DNA of 64,000 bases, taken from assembly GCA_031422435.1 (NCBI GenBank), contig JANPLU010000128.1, forward strand, positions 1 to 64,000, read 5' to 3'. Source of the stretch: Acaryochloridaceae cyanobacterium VAR_48_metabat_390. Its GTDB lineage: Bacteria > Cyanobacteriota > Cyanobacteriia > Thermosynechococcales > Thermosynechococcaceae. Position numbers and translations under genes: made by a program. Below, in pieces: positions 19,426-30,391 of this stretch. Below the pieces are notes generated by a model. That model did not search any database and was not told the DNA's origin. It saw nothing but the letters and a program-made list of their open reading frames with translations. Position 1 is the stretch's first letter; each line of letters starts with the position of its first letter.

Positions 19426-19893
19426 CTAAGCAAAGCTAGACGAGAAAAACAAAAACTTCACCAACCCAGCCACTAAACCACCAATGACGGCAATAAATAA
19501 ACTTCTAGAGACAATCTCCTCATTGCCAATACGACGGTCAATTGAATCTACCTTAGTATCTAACGCGCCGATCTTTCCCTCTAGTCGAGCAATCTCAGTT
19601 ACTACATGGGCTAGACCTATATCAATCTTGTTATCTAGCTCTGAAGTTCTAAGATCGATCTTCTTATCTAATTCTGAAGTTCTAAGATCAATCTTGTTAT
19701 CTAGCTCTGAAGTTCTAAGATCGATTTTGTTATGAAGCTCTGAAGCTCTAAGATCAATCTTCTTATCTAATTCTGAAATTTTCAGATCGATCTTATTGTC
19801 TAGTGCAGAAAGCCCTAAATCAATCCGTTTATCTAACTCCGAAAAGCTGGTCAGAATCAGATCTTTGAGTTCTTGCGTTGTAACTTCAGCCAT
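19426..19893 (-). CDS. Membrane-anchored coiled-coil protein with 11-aa tandem repeats
   Basis: About 7 repeats of SELD(K/N)KIDLRT followed by a C-terminal TM helix. Confidence 0.75.
   Translation of the reverse strand: MAEVTTQELKDLILTSFSELDKRIDLGLSALDNKIDLKISELDKKIDLRASELHNKIDLRTSELDNKIDLRTSELDKKIDLRTSELDNKIDIGLAHVVTEIARLEGKIGALDTKVDSIDRRIGNEEIVSRSLFIAVIGGLVAGLVKFLFFSSSFA
19621..19851. repeat. 33-bp intragenic tandem repeat, about 7 units
   Basis: Unit atcaatcttgttatctagctctgaagttctaag; units at 19621 and 19687 are identical. Confidence 0.9.
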
Positions 19894-19944
19894 TGCCTCA
19901 CGTCCTATGCCAACAGATAGCTTTACCTTAGCCCAAAGTCTGCA

Positions 19945-21006
19945 TTAAGCCGTCAACCCTAGCCGCTCTCGCTCATAGGTTTGGGAGGTCACTGCTTTAC
20001 ACCAGTCTGGGTTATCTAGGTACCACTCCACCGTCTTCCGAAGTCCAGATTCAACATCTTCTTGGGGCGACCAGCCTAGCTCTCGGTTAAGCTTACTAAA
20101 GTTGATCGCATACCGACGATCATGACCAGGACGATCCGTGACGTAATTCACTAAATTGAGGTGAGGCACGTGGACAGAATGTGGCAGCAGTTCATCCAAA
20201 ATCTGGCACAACTGCTGTACCAGCCATAAGTTTGTCCGTTCTGCAGCGCCACCTATGTTGTAGGTTTCGCCAGGTCTACCTTTCTCGGCGACTAGGGCGA
20301 TCGCCCGACAGTGATCTTCCACAAACAGCCAGTCTCGAATATTTTGCCCATCTCCATAAACTGGAAGGGGCTTACCCTCTAAGGCATTCAAAATCATCAG
20401 CGGAATCAGCTTTTCAGGGAACTGATACGGCCCGTAGTTATTAGAGCAATTGGTAATGAGCGTCGGTAAGCCATAGGTATGGAAATAAGCCCTCACTAGA
20501 TGGTCAGAGCTGGCCTTAGAAGCAGAATAGGGGCTGTTGGGTGCATAGGGGGTTGTTTCAGAAAAGGCATCATCATCTAGCGCTAAAGAACCGAACACTT
20601 CGTCGGTTGAAACATGCAGAAACCGAAAGGCTGCTTTTGCCTCTTTTGCCAACCCTTTCCAGTAGCTGCGCGTTTCTTCTAAGAGATTGAACGTGCCCAT
20701 CACGTTGGTTTGCACAAAAGCATCTGGCCCGTCAATCGAACGATCCACATGGGTTTCTGCGGCAAAATTAAGGATGGTATCGGGCTGATAGCGCGTAAGA
20801 AGATCGCGGACGAGGGGGCGATCGCCAATATCTCCCTGCACAAAACAATAGAGTGGGTCAGATTCCAGCGTCTTCAGCGTCACCAAATTTCCAGCATAGG
20901 TTAGCTTATCTAGATTAATAATGCGCACATCAGACGATTGCCGCTGTTGGAGAACGAAATTTCCCCCAATAAAGCCAGCCCCGCCCGTCACCAAAATAGT
21001 TTTCAT
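19945..21006 (-). CDS. rfbB: dTDP-glucose 4,6-dehydratase
   Basis: [49 protein letters not shown]. Confidence 0.96.
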   Translation of the reverse strand: MKTILVTGGAGFIGGNFVLQQRQSSDVRIINLDKLTYAGNLVTLKTLESDPLYCFVQGDIGDRPLVRDLLTRYQPDTILNFAAETHVDRSIDGPDAFVQTNVMGTFNLLEETRSYWKGLAKEAKAAFRFLHVSTDEVFGSLALDDDAFSETTPYAPNSPYSASKASSDHLVRAYFHTYGLPTLITNCSNNYGPYQFPEKLIPLMILNALEGKPLPVYGDGQNIRDWLFVEDHCRAIALVAEKGRPGETYNIGGAAERTNLWLVQQLCQILDELLPHSVHVPHLNLVNYVTDRPGHDRRYAINFSKLNRELGWSPQEDVESGLRKTVEWYLDNPDWCKAVTSQTYERERLGLTA

Positions 21007-21110
21007 AGTATTAGTGTGAATATGAGGCTCATAGAGCAAACTTAAAAAGAGGCTTAAGTCACATTATCATCGCGTCTTTTGTCAGCTATTCAGCCTAGCC
21101 GTACAAAAGC

Positions 21111-21716
21111 TTAGGCCGCCTGAATAATGCCTCGACGAACCAGTTCATCAATCACTTCATCCACGCAAACCTCTAAGGGCTTGATTCCCGTCTCTACCAC
21201 TAGCTCAGGAACCTCAGGAGCCTCATAGGGCGAAGAAATGCCGGTAAACTCCGCGATCTGTCCAGAGCGCGCTTTTAGATACAGCCCTTTCACATCACGC
21301 CCTTCACAGACTGCCAACTCAGCCTTGCAGTAAATCTCAAAAAATTCACCCTCTCCCACCATCTGCCGAACGCGATCACGATCTGCTCGAAAAGGAGAAA
21401 TAAAAGCTGTTAGCGTAATAACACCAGCCTCAATAAAAAGCTTTGCCACTTCCCCCACACGTCGAATATTTTCAGTTCGATCTGCTGTAGAAAATCCTAA
21501 GTCTCCACAAAGACCGTGCCGCACGTTATCGCCATCAATAACAAACGTGTGGCACTGATGCTCATAAAGGCGAGCTTCTACCCCATGAGCCAAGGTTGAT
21601 TTACCCGCACCCGATAGCCCCGTAAACCATAAAATGACGCTCTTATGGGCATTCTGAGTCTCTCGATCAGCACGAGAAACCGTTGCATTATGCCAAACAA
21701 CATTAGTAGACTGCAT
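21111..21716 (-). CDS. cysC: Adenylyl-sulfate kinase
   Basis: [37 protein letters not shown]. Confidence 0.96.
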   Translation of the reverse strand: MQSTNVVWHNATVSRADRETQNAHKSVILWFTGLSGAGKSTLAHGVEARLYEHQCHTFVIDGDNVRHGLCGDLGFSTADRTENIRRVGEVAKLFIEAGVITLTAFISPFRADRDRVRQMVGEGEFFEIYCKAELAVCEGRDVKGLYLKARSGQIAEFTGISSPYEAPEVPELVVETGIKPLEVCVDEVIDELVRRGIIQAA

Positions 21717-21782
21717 CAATATTAAATCTCTCAATGAACATCAAAATAGCAGAAGCGCACTTGAAGAATCCGATCTCTAAAG

Positions 21783-24059
21783 CTAAGACTTTGGCCGAGA
21801 AGAGTAAGGGGGCTTGAGTTCTGCAGGTAGACCCGCAGCAGCCTGACCATTACGAGAAACCGGATCTGGCGACCCTTCTGCAGCGTAATAGCTTTTAGCA
21901 TAGTAGTAGTAGTAGCTATCCGGCTCATTTTCTGGAATAACGCCATTCAGTATCAGCCCCAGTATATTCGCTCCTTTTTCATCCCTATGCCCACTGGCTT
22001 TAGAGAGCGACGCTTTAGCAGATTCTGCCGAAGCTGACGTGAGTACTCCTGGACGAGCCACCATTAAGATACCATCCGTCATTTGAGCCAGCAAAAGCGC
22101 ATCTGACGCAACTGCCAGGGGCGGTGTATCAATCAACACAAAGTCATAGATTTCACGCCATTCATTAATCAAGCTCGCCATTCGATGCGAATCGATCAGC
22201 CGTAGCGGATTGGGCGGAATAATCCCTGCCGTCATCACGTCAAGCTGCTCATTTTCTGAACGTACCACCCCAGACCAAGATCCTGGCTCCACCAAAATAT
22301 TGGTCAATCCAACAGAATTGGGTAATTCCCAGATTTGATGCTGAGAGGGCCGCCGCAAATCGGCATCCACCAACAAAACGCGATGACCCATTTCAGCTAA
22401 TACTAAGGCCAGGTTAGCCGTTGTGGTTGACTTACCCTCTTGGGGCACGGAGCTGGTTAAAACCATCACACGCGGTGGGTGATCGGAGCTGAGAAATTTG
22501 AGGTTAGTTTGAAGCATACGATAGGCTTCACTGATAGCAGAACGCGGCTCATCCCGCACAGGGAGAGGTTGCCTATCACGAGCGAGATCCTTTGCACTGA
22601 CCTTTCTTTCCCCTTTAAGCTGAGGAATCGTCCCCAACACCGTGAGATCAAAGATCGCCTCCACTTCTTTGACGGTTTTAACCGAGTCATCTAGTGCTTC
22701 TAGCAGCAGAGCGGTTCCAATTCCGAGCAGCAGCCCCATTAGGGTTCCAATCGCAAGATTGAGCAAAATTTTAGGAGACACTGGCTTTTCTGGCGTCAGA
22801 GCTGCCTCAATGGGCAGTACGTTTCCAACATTTTGATTTTCAGAAATTCTGAATTCCTGAAGGCTCTTTAACAACCCTTCATAGATTGCCTGAGCAACAC
22901 CCAGCTTGCGCTGTAGTTCACCTTGGATCTGCTCTAAGCGGGGCAGCACCGTCATGCGCTCGCGAAAAGAGGTTTGGGTTTGCTGAAGCGTATTGACCTG
23001 ATTGCGTAGGCCTAGACGCTCTACCTCAGTTTTAACAAAGGTTTCGGTTAAATCCTGCTGCGTCTGGCTAGACTGCAGGGTTTGTAAAGACGGGGTTTTT
23101 GCTAATGCATTGCCAACCACCTGTCCTACCTGGGACTGAAGCAGCGCCTGAAGTGCTGCCTGCTTTTCGTTTAGATCTAAGACTTGAGGATGATCTGCTT
23201 GAAGTGTCGTCTTTGCCGTAGCGAGGGCGCGCTGAGTATCCTGAAGTTCTGTAAGGGCTTTTTGAACAGCCGGTGACTGACTTAGAGCATTGACCTCTAA
23301 TGCTTGCCTAGGAGGCAACCCTACCTGGTTACCCAGTGCTTGAGAACGGGTCTCTGCACTTGCTAGTAAGCCCTGGGCTTGTGTAAGCTGCCTCTGAATG
23401 TCGCCAATACCTTCTACCGCAGCTTTTGCTTCATCTGGTAAAGAAACGACTTTGCTACGCTCTTTGAATTGCCGAATGGCGCTTTCGTAGCGCTGAACAT
23501 CTCGTTCGGCAGACGGAAGTTGGGTTTCGATAAATTTGCGAGCGGCTGTCGCCTGAATTCGGGTTCGTTCAACATTATTGGCGCGATAGACGTCAATGAG
23601 CTTGTTAACGACCACTGCAGCCTGCTTAGCATCAGTATTACTATAGGCAATTCGGACGATGTCGGTATCCTTTGTATTAGAGATCGTCAGATTCTTTAAA
23701 AATGCTTCTAGTTTTAACGTTTTACCGTTGTCGTCTTGCAGACCAAGGGCTTGAATAACAGGCATCACAACGGGCATGGACTCGATAATTTCTGTTTCGG
23801 TGCTAATGGGATTGCTTTTTTGACCAAGCCCAGCTAGTACACCTAAGGTGTCAAGACCGCTCCCTGACAAGGCAGACGAAACGCCGCTGTCTTTCTTGAG
23901 GAGCACTTTTCCTTCGGCCTCATAGATTGGCTTTTGCAAAAACGTGATGAGTGCCGTTAGCGTGGTCACACTACCCATCACCAGTAAAGCCGGTAGCCAA
24001 CGACGACGAATAACCAACCAGTATTGCTTTAAGTCAATATACTCTTCTGTATATTCCAT
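21783..24059 (-). CDS. wzc: Wzc/GumC polysaccharide co-polymerase tyrosine kinase
   Basis: Two TM segments, coiled coil, EAYRML.TN, SSVPQEGKST, DADLRRP, IDTPP, C-terminal Tyr cluster YYYYYAKSYY. Confidence 0.9.
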   Translation of the reverse strand: MEYTEEYIDLKQYWLVIRRRWLPALLVMGSVTTLTALITFLQKPIYEAEGKVLLKKDSGVSSALSGSGLDTLGVLAGLGQKSNPISTETEIIESMPVVMPVIQALGLQDDNGKTLKLEAFLKNLTISNTKDTDIVRIAYSNTDAKQAAVVVNKLIDVYRANNVERTRIQATAARKFIETQLPSAERDVQRYESAIRQFKERSKVVSLPDEAKAAVEGIGDIQRQLTQAQGLLASAETRSQALGNQVGLPPRQALEVNALSQSPAVQKALTELQDTQRALATAKTTLQADHPQVLDLNEKQAALQALLQSQVGQVVGNALAKTPSLQTLQSSQTQQDLTETFVKTEVERLGLRNQVNTLQQTQTSFRERMTVLPRLEQIQGELQRKLGVAQAIYEGLLKSLQEFRISENQNVGNVLPIEAALTPEKPVSPKILLNLAIGTLMGLLLGIGTALLLEALDDSVKTVKEVEAIFDLTVLGTIPQLKGERKVSAKDLARDRQPLPVRDEPRSAISEAYRMLQTNLKFLSSDHPPRVMVLTSSVPQEGKSTTTANLALVLAEMGHRVLLVDADLRRPSQHQIWELPNSVGLTNILVEPGSWSGVVRSENEQLDVMTAGIIPPNPLRLIDSHRMASLINEWREIYDFVLIDTPPLAVASDALLLAQMTDGILMVARPGVLTSASAESAKASLSKASGHRDEKGANILGLILNGVIPENEPDSYYYYYAKSYYAAEGSPDPVSRNGQAAAGLPAELKPPYSSRPKS

Positions 24060-24307
24060 GCTGTATTTAAGACTAATGAGGCCTAGACAAGAGACAAACA
24101 ACGAAGGCTGTTGATGTGTAAAACTAAGGATGGAGGGGCTTATTGTACACTAGCAGCCTGTGGGAGTAAGTTTCGCCATTATTAAAGTTGCTTCGTGTGT
24201 TGCTTTGTGAGGCAAATAGCAACAATACTCTATCTTTTTCGTCCAGCTTTAACAAACAGTTTTTTCTGAACGAATCTTTCTACGCTTCACTAACTACGAA
24301 TGAACCT

Positions 24308-24772
24308 ATGCCTGAACGATTTTCTTGGATTTTGCCTCAAAAGCTGGCTGTCGGATCTTTCCCCAACGCAACAACCTCGGTTTCGCAGTTGCGCCGTGAA
24401 GGTATTACTGCGGTGCTAAGCCTGACAGAAAATCATGAGCGTTTGGTTCCCAAGGATGTGGCTCACAGCTTTCTTTGGGAGCAAATTCCAATTCCGGATG
24501 GATACAAAGGTGGTATTCCGACGGAGGCTCAGTTTGCCAAAGCTCTTCAGACTTTAGATCGCTGGTATCGCAAAGGGCACGTGGTCTATGTACACTGCTG
24601 GGCAGGCGTGGGGCGGTCGGCATCAGTATGTGCGCTGTATGTCGCCCATCGGCAAGGGTTAACGCTAAAGGATGCGATCGCCCTCGTAAAATCCCAGCAC
24701 AGCTACGCATCGCCAGACCCTCATCAAATTGAGGTCATGCAAAGATTTTTGACTTCATCGCTGACGGAGTAG
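24308..24772 (+). CDS. Dual-specificity / protein-tyrosine phosphatase
   Basis: [11 protein letters not shown]5R motif and IPD acid loop. Confidence 0.88.
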   Translation: MPERFSWILPQKLAVGSFPNATTSVSQLRREGITAVLSLTENHERLVPKDVAHSFLWEQIPIPDGYKGGIPTEAQFAKALQTLDRWYRKGHVVYVHCWAGVGRSASVCALYVAHRQGLTLKDAIALVKSQHSYASPDPHQIEVMQRFLTSSLTE

Positions 24773-25125
24773 CGCACTTCAGCAATATGGTTATGAGCGT
24801 CTACTAAGACAACGGTAGGCTGGTACTGTGCCAGTTCGGCTTGGGCGTACTGAGCATAGGTCATGATGATGATGCGATCGCCCTTGACCCCCAGCCGAGC
24901 CGCTGCACCATTCAGCTCAATGATGCCAGAGTGGGCGACCGCAGGAATGGCGTAAGTAATCAGGCGTTCGCCGTTGTTGATGTTGACGACCTGAACCTGT
25001 TCATAGGTCAAAATGCCGGCGATTTCGAGTAAATGCTGGTCAATGCTAATGCTGCCCACATAGTCTATGTTGGCACCCGTGAGCGTGCAGTTATGAAGTT
25101 TTGCCTGAAGAAGGGTTCGCTGCAT
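24724..25125 (-). CDS. panD: Aspartate 1-decarboxylase
   Basis: [12 protein letters not shown] cleavage site, NGER..TY, NGAAAR. Confidence 0.95.
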   Translation of the reverse strand: MQRTLLQAKLHNCTLTGANIDYVGSISIDQHLLEIAGILTYEQVQVVNINNGERLITYAIPAVAHSGIIELNGAAARLGVKGDRIIIMTYAQYAQAELAQYQPTVVLVDAHNHIAEVRYSVSDEVKNLCMTSI

Positions 25126-25220
25126 ACTGCCCATCATATCGTGCCGAGGATTGTGCCGATATAGGCTAGGGCTGGGGGCTGGGTTAAACTGGACAGGATT
25201 GTAATGCGCTAGGCTCAATT

Positions 25221-25868
25221 TTGATAGCAAAAGCGGCTGAACCCATTGATGCTTTAAGTTGGACATCCCAAACTCAGATTCGTCAAAGCTGGGAAGGATT
25301 GCAGTGGCAGCTCTCGCAATGGCTTAAGTCTGACCCCAGCGCCGTCCAGAATGCTCAGCAGTGGGGTTGGGTGCTTCCGGTGTTGCTCTGGACGCTGCGA
25401 ATATTGGGACTAATTTTATTGGCGGTGGTGATCTTTTTGCTGATGCGGCAGGGTTGGCAATGGCTAAGGTCATGGTTAGGCCGTACCTCCGGCGATCGGC
25501 AGGTGGAGCCACAGGAGCCAGTGCGATCACGGTTGGATTGGCTAGCGATCGCCCAAGAAGCCCAAAGCCGTCAAGACTACCATCGGGCATTCGAGGCACT
25601 GTATCGGGCGCTTCTGGTACAGCTCCACGAATCTGACGTTCTGCGACAGGATACGGCACGAACCGACCGTGAATATATCAAAGGACTCGACCAGATTTGG
25701 AGTTTGACGGACAAACCCCTGTACCTGCGAGACGATTGGGTCACGCTCTTTAGAACCCATGAATCTTTGTGCTTTGGGGGGAGAGTGCTTCAGCAGAGGC
25801 ATTTTGATGAATGTCGAGCCGCCTATGAAAGTCTTGCGCCCTACCTTGCCGTGAACCCAGGAGCGTGA
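25221..25868 (+). CDS. DUF4129-type membrane protein of the MoxR cluster
   Basis: TM helix, then W...A.......DY..A..ALYRA.L..L and RTDREY; upstream of DUF4350/MoxR/DUF58. Confidence 0.7.
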   Translation: MIAKAAEPIDALSWTSQTQIRQSWEGLQWQLSQWLKSDPSAVQNAQQWGWVLPVLLWTLRILGLILLAVVIFLLMRQGWQWLRSWLGRTSGDRQVEPQEPVRSRLDWLAIAQEAQSRQDYHRAFEALYRALLVQLHESDVLRQDTARTDREYIKGLDQIWSLTDKPLYLRDDWVTLFRTHESLCFGGRVLQQRHFDECRAAYESLAPYLAVNPGA

Positions 25869-25910
25869 CTTAAAGACCTCATGGGATGACTGACCGCTTT
25901 TACAAATATT

Positions 25911-26000
25911 CCCCTCTCCCCCGACCCCTCTCCCAGAACGGGCGAGGGGAGCCAGAATTAGCCCTTCTCCCCTTGTGGGAGAAGGGTTGGGATGAGGGGG
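25911..26000. repeat. CCCTCTCCC/GGGAGAGGG REP-like nested hairpin element, family 2, copy A
   Basis: cccctctcccagaacgggcgagggg...cccttctccccttgtgggagaagggttgggatgagggg; similar to 36484-36636 and 56057-56150. Confidence 0.8.
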
Positions 26001-26043
26001 CAGGTCGGCTCAATGACCCTTCAGTAAACGCTTTAGAACATCT

Positions 26044-27189
26044 ATGACTGCATCTACCCCAAAACGATCTTTACGCTGGTTTGCCAAAGTGCCCTTTTGG
26101 GGATGGGTGTTAATCGGGCTGCTATGCCTAACGCTGGTTGTTTCGATTGCTGCCCCTAAGTCTTACCCAAAAGGCTCTAGCTACGATCAGTCTTTGAGTG
26201 GCTATGCCCAGTGGTACGAGTTTATGAAAACTCAAAACCACCCCATCAAGCGGTGGCGACGTGACTATAGTCAGCTTAAAGGACAAAAACAGACGCTGAT
26301 TCAGGTGGCGGATGTAGAACGGTTTCAGGATCCCAATCTTGAGTCTGCTGAGATTCTAGATTGGGTAAAGCAGGGCAACACCTTAATTGAGCTGAGATGG
26401 GGGGGCGAAGTCTCCGGCGCACCGTTTCGGTCTGGTCTGGCCACGCCAAAGGGGGCTGTGCAGATTGAAACGACGCGACGCTATCAAAATCGGTCAGAAA
26501 ATTTTGATGATGGACTGCTTAAAGATAGCTTTGGGACGGCGGTTGGCTCCGAAACCCTTGAAAAAGGAACGGTGATTAAGAGTGTATATCCGTGGATTGG
26601 CTCAGGCATCTATGCCCAAAAGGGCGCAAACTTTCAGGTATTGGCGGATTTAGCGACAAAGCAGCAGGGAACCATTTGGGTCGATGAATGGCTGCACGGA
26701 TACCGTGACTTAGAACCAAAAACAGCCCTTGCCAAGGCCAAGCCTCAAGACTTATGGAGCTATTTTGCCCGTCGCCCCATTGCGGTGATGGCAGGTCAAG
26801 GGGTGCTGCTGCTGGCGCTGCTGCTATGGGGGCAAAACCAGCGGTTTGGGGCGCTGCTACGGATTGCGCCGCCCCTGCGAAACAGCAGCGAGCAGTACAT
26901 TCAGGCGTTGGCGGATACCCTCAATACTCATGGGCATACTGAGTATGTGTTGACGCTGCTGGGTCAATCTCTGCACGATCGCCTGAGATCTCGATTGGGC
27001 ATTGTGGGCGCGGATGGGTTAGGCGAAGGAGATGGGGCGATCGCCACAGAATGGGCGGTGGTGACTGGACGACCTCCCTCAGAGCTACTAGAGTTATTAA
27101 AGCAATCTAGGGTACAAAAGCGACTGAGAGACAGTGAACTTTTAGCCTGGGTGCAGCAAGCCGATACGATTCTGCGAGGACTATCTTGA
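26044..27189 (+). CDS. DUF4350 domain protein
   Basis: N-terminal TM, GSSY....GY..WY, WVDEWLHG, RFG, YIQALA; MoxR operon context. Confidence 0.75.
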   Translation: MTASTPKRSLRWFAKVPFWGWVLIGLLCLTLVVSIAAPKSYPKGSSYDQSLSGYAQWYEFMKTQNHPIKRWRRDYSQLKGQKQTLIQVADVERFQDPNLESAEILDWVKQGNTLIELRWGGEVSGAPFRSGLATPKGAVQIETTRRYQNRSENFDDGLLKDSFGTAVGSETLEKGTVIKSVYPWIGSGIYAQKGANFQVLADLATKQQGTIWVDEWLHGYRDLEPKTALAKAKPQDLWSYFARRPIAVMAGQGVLLLALLLWGQNQRFGALLRIAPPLRNSSEQYIQALADTLNTHGHTEYVLTLLGQSLHDRLRSRLGIVGADGLGEGDGAIATEWAVVTGRPPSELLELLKQSRVQKRLRDSELLAWVQQADTILRGLS

Positions 27190-28127
27190 AGAACGCCTTT
27201 CAACAGCTCCGCACCGAAATTAGCACCGTTATCTTAGGCCAAAGCGCCGTTGTGGATGCCTTACTTGTGGCGCTCCTCGCCGAAGGGCACGTCATTTTAG
27301 AAGGGGTTCCAGGTACTGCTAAAACGCTGCTAGTTAAGCTTTTTGCAACCCTGATTCAGGCAGAATTTAAGCGGGTGCAGCTAACGCCCGACGTTTTGCC
27401 AGCGGATGTGTTGGGCACCAGCATTTTTGATTTGGGCAGTCAGCAGTTTACCCTCCGCAAAGGCCCCATTTTTACCCAGATTTTGCTAGCAGACGAAATT
27501 AACCGAACGCCCCCTAAAACTCAGGCCGCGCTCTTAGAGGCCATGGAAGAACGGCAGGTGACGCTGGACGGCGAAACCATTCCGCTGTCGCCTTTATTTT
27601 GGACGATCGCTACTCAAAACCCCCTTGAATTTGAGGGCACCTACCCCCTCCCAGAAGCCCAACTGGATCGATTTTTGTTCAAGATGGTGGTGGACTACCC
27701 CAATGCGGTAGCCGAAAAGCAGATGCTGACCAATATTTTGGGCGGTTTTGAGCCTCATAACTTGGCGCAGTGGGCGCATCAGCCTATTTTGAATGGTGAT
27801 CAGATTTTAGAGGCGCGTAAAGCGGTGCGCAACGTTCGGGTAGAGGAGTCTATTCTGGATTATTTACTTAATCTTGTGACCAGCAGCCGGAATCAGCCGG
27901 AATTGCTCCTCGGCGCTTCGCCCAGGGCGGCGGTGGGCTGGCTACGGGCGGCGCAAGCCCAAGCATGGCTAGATGATAGAGACTTTGTCACCCCCGATGA
28001 TGTCAAGGGCATTGCCCTACCGCTTCTGCGACACCGCTTTATTTTGAAGCCGGAGGCACAGCTCGACGGTATTTCTGTCGATCAGGTGATTCGCAATTTA
28101 CTGAACCGCGTTGCGGTGCCGCGATGA
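27186..28127 (+). CDS. MoxR family AAA+ ATPase
   Basis: GHVILEGVPGTAKT, LLADEINRTPPKTQAALLEAMEE, ATQNPLE.EGTYPLPEAQLDRF. Confidence 0.95.
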   Translation: MKNAFQQLRTEISTVILGQSAVVDALLVALLAEGHVILEGVPGTAKTLLVKLFATLIQAEFKRVQLTPDVLPADVLGTSIFDLGSQQFTLRKGPIFTQILLADEINRTPPKTQAALLEAMEERQVTLDGETIPLSPLFWTIATQNPLEFEGTYPLPEAQLDRFLFKMVVDYPNAVAEKQMLTNILGGFEPHNLAQWAHQPILNGDQILEARKAVRNVRVEESILDYLLNLVTSSRNQPELLLGASPRAAVGWLRAAQAQAWLDDRDFVTPDDVKGIALPLLRHRFILKPEAQLDGISVDQVIRNLLNRVAVPR

Positions 28128-29533
28128 GTGATGCCGTAAGTAGATCGAAACTAGCGCCTGAGCGGCTCCGTGGTGATCGCTTTATCCCCAGCCAGCGCCT
28201 CTACTTAGTTTTGGGGCTAGGGTTTTTGATTCCGATGGGGTTAGGCCAAATCCCCACCCTTTCGGTGGGCTGGCTGTGGGGCATTTTGGGCATTTATGAC
28301 GCAGTAGTTTTGGCGATCGCCCTCCAAGATTACCGTCAGGCTACCCAGTGGCAAATTACCCTAGGGCGAGCCTGTGACGAAAAACTCTCTATTGGGCGAG
28401 ACAACCTCGTTCGTTTGGCATTAACGGTGACGGGTGCGCCCTCTGCGACTACCGCGACAGTTCTTCAGCTTCGAGATGGAACGCCCTCGGCGTTTAAGGT
28501 TGATCTAGACCCGCTTTCTGTAGCGCTAACGCCGCAGCTTGAAACCGAACTGACCTATCACGTCTTTCCCCCGCGACGAGGCACCTTCCGCTGGAACGCG
28601 ACTAGCCTAAAGCTCCGCAGTCCCCTAGGGCTAAGCTGGCGAACTTGGCAAATGCCCATCGAAACCGTGGTGGACGTATACCCTGATCTCATTGGGTTAC
28701 GGATGCTGTCGATTCGGCTGAGCTTAGAAAACAACGGCAATCTTCAGCGTCGCCATAAAGTAGGCGGCACAGAATTTGCCGAGCTGCGCGAGTACGTCGT
28801 TGGGGATGACATCCGCTTTATGGATTGGAAGGCGACCGCCCGTCGCCAGCGACCTATCGTGCGTTTACTAGAGCCAGAGCGAGAGCAGCCGCTGCTGATT
28901 TTGCTAGACCGAGGACGACTGATGACGGCGCAGGTCGCAGGGCTAAGTCGGTTTGACTGGGCGCTGAATGCGGCGCTGTCTTTGGCAATGGCGGGGCTAC
29001 GACGGGGCGATCGCGTGGGGGTCGTCGTTTTTGACAAAACCATCCACACTTGGATTCCACCACTGCCAGGGCTAGGACATTTATCCCAAATTTTGGAGCG
29101 CCTCAATACCATCGAGCCAGCTCGTACCGAATCTGACTATGCAGGGATTACCGCTCAAGTGCTGAATCAGTATCATCGACGGGCGCTGGTGGTACTGCTC
29201 ACCGATATTGTGGATGAGATTGCTTCTCAAGATCTGCTGGTCGCCATGGGACGGCTTAGCCCTCGGTTTTTGCCCCTGTGTGTCGCCCTCAGAGATCCGC
29301 AGGTAGATGCCCAGGCAAAGCCCTCTGTAGATTTACATCCTTCTTCATCCGAGCCTAAAATAGTTCAACCACTTTATACTCAAGCCGTAGCGCTTGACCT
29401 GCTGCATCAGCGCAAGGTCGCCTTTGCCAAGCTTCGGCAGCAGGGCACCCTCGTTTTAGATGCGCCTGCCCCTCAAGTGAGTGAGCAGTTGGTGAATCAA
29501 TACCTGCGCGTGAAGGCGCGAGGGCGACTCTAA
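28124..29533 (+). CDS. DUF58 domain protein (vWA-like)
   Basis: GTEFAELREY..GDD.R.MDWKATARR, LLDRGRLM, LLTD. Confidence 0.9.
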   Translation: MSDAVSRSKLAPERLRGDRFIPSQRLYLVLGLGFLIPMGLGQIPTLSVGWLWGILGIYDAVVLAIALQDYRQATQWQITLGRACDEKLSIGRDNLVRLALTVTGAPSATTATVLQLRDGTPSAFKVDLDPLSVALTPQLETELTYHVFPPRRGTFRWNATSLKLRSPLGLSWRTWQMPIETVVDVYPDLIGLRMLSIRLSLENNGNLQRRHKVGGTEFAELREYVVGDDIRFMDWKATARRQRPIVRLLEPEREQPLLILLDRGRLMTAQVAGLSRFDWALNAALSLAMAGLRRGDRVGVVVFDKTIHTWIPPLPGLGHLSQILERLNTIEPARTESDYAGITAQVLNQYHRRALVVLLTDIVDEIASQDLLVAMGRLSPRFLPLCVALRDPQVDAQAKPSVDLHPSSSEPKIVQPLYTQAVALDLLHQRKVAFAKLRQQGTLVLDAPAPQVSEQLVNQYLRVKARGRL

Positions 29534-30102
29534 TGGATTCTAATGCTTCGTCTAATCCTGATTCATCCCAAAGCGGTAGTACCGAAACGGAGGCAATGGT
29601 GGCCTACACCACCGGACAAGCTGCCTTTGAGCGGGGATTGTATCGAGATTCTATGGACTGGTTTGAAAAGGCGCTATCGCTCACGTCTGAGCAGTCGGCG
29701 TTGGGTGGCGCAATTCAAATTTGGCAGGTGACGGCCTACGATGCGGCGGGGCAGAATGAAGCGGCAGTCACCCTCTGTCGCAAGCTTGCGACCCATCCTA
29801 ATCTTGAAACCCGTCAGCAAAGTAAACGGCTGCTCTACATCTTAGAAGCACCCAAGCTTCAGACCCGACCGGAATGGCTCACACAAATTCCTGCTTTGGA
29901 TCCGCCTTCTGCCGCTACTCGCCGCTATAGTGCCGTGGGGCAGCCTGGATCGTCGCCATCAAAGCCTAAAGAGCCGAAGTCCATTACAGCCGAACCCTTT
30001 GAACCGATTGATCCTAAAGAAAGTCGCGGTTTTCTGGGCATTGCTCTAGGGCTAAGTGGCGTAATTTTGCTAGGACTGTGGTGGCTACAGACTTCGGGCT
30101 AG
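29533..30102 (+). CDS. TPR-like protein with C-terminal TM helix
   Basis: G..AFERG.Y, W.VTAY.A.G....A..LC, LYILEAP.L. Confidence 0.7.
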   Translation: MDSNASSNPDSSQSGSTETEAMVAYTTGQAAFERGLYRDSMDWFEKALSLTSEQSALGGAIQIWQVTAYDAAGQNEAAVTLCRKLATHPNLETRQQSKRLLYILEAPKLQTRPEWLTQIPALDPPSAATRRYSAVGQPGSSPSKPKEPKSITAEPFEPIDPKESRGFLGIALGLSGVILLGLWWLQTSG

Positions 30103-30314
30103 CGTAGGTCCTCTGGCTCAACCCACTTGGGCGGCTCTGAGGGTTGGGTCATTTTTTTGCGGATCCTTTCTTGGGCGATCGCCAGCATTTCGTCCATGGA
30201 CGTATTTTCGATAAATTTTGAAGCTGCCGCCAAATGTTCCCGATGGGGGCAGTCATCGCCTAAGATACAGCCGTTCACGCAGGCTTCAAGACAGTTCACG
30301 GGTTGTGTCGCCAC
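30099..30314 (-). CDS. Small Cys-rich hypothetical protein
   Basis: VNCLEACVNGCILGDDCPH motif; probable GTG start at 30314. Confidence 0.6.
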   Translation of the reverse strand: MATQPVNCLEACVNGCILGDDCPHREHLAAASKFIENTSMDEMLAIAQERIRKKMTQPSEPPKWVEPEDLR

Positions 30315-30391
30315 GGGTTTCTTCTCCAACAAAAAATGAATCGGGTTCCATGAGTGCCAGTCCCCCCCTAATTTTAATCGAAGGTAGGGTG

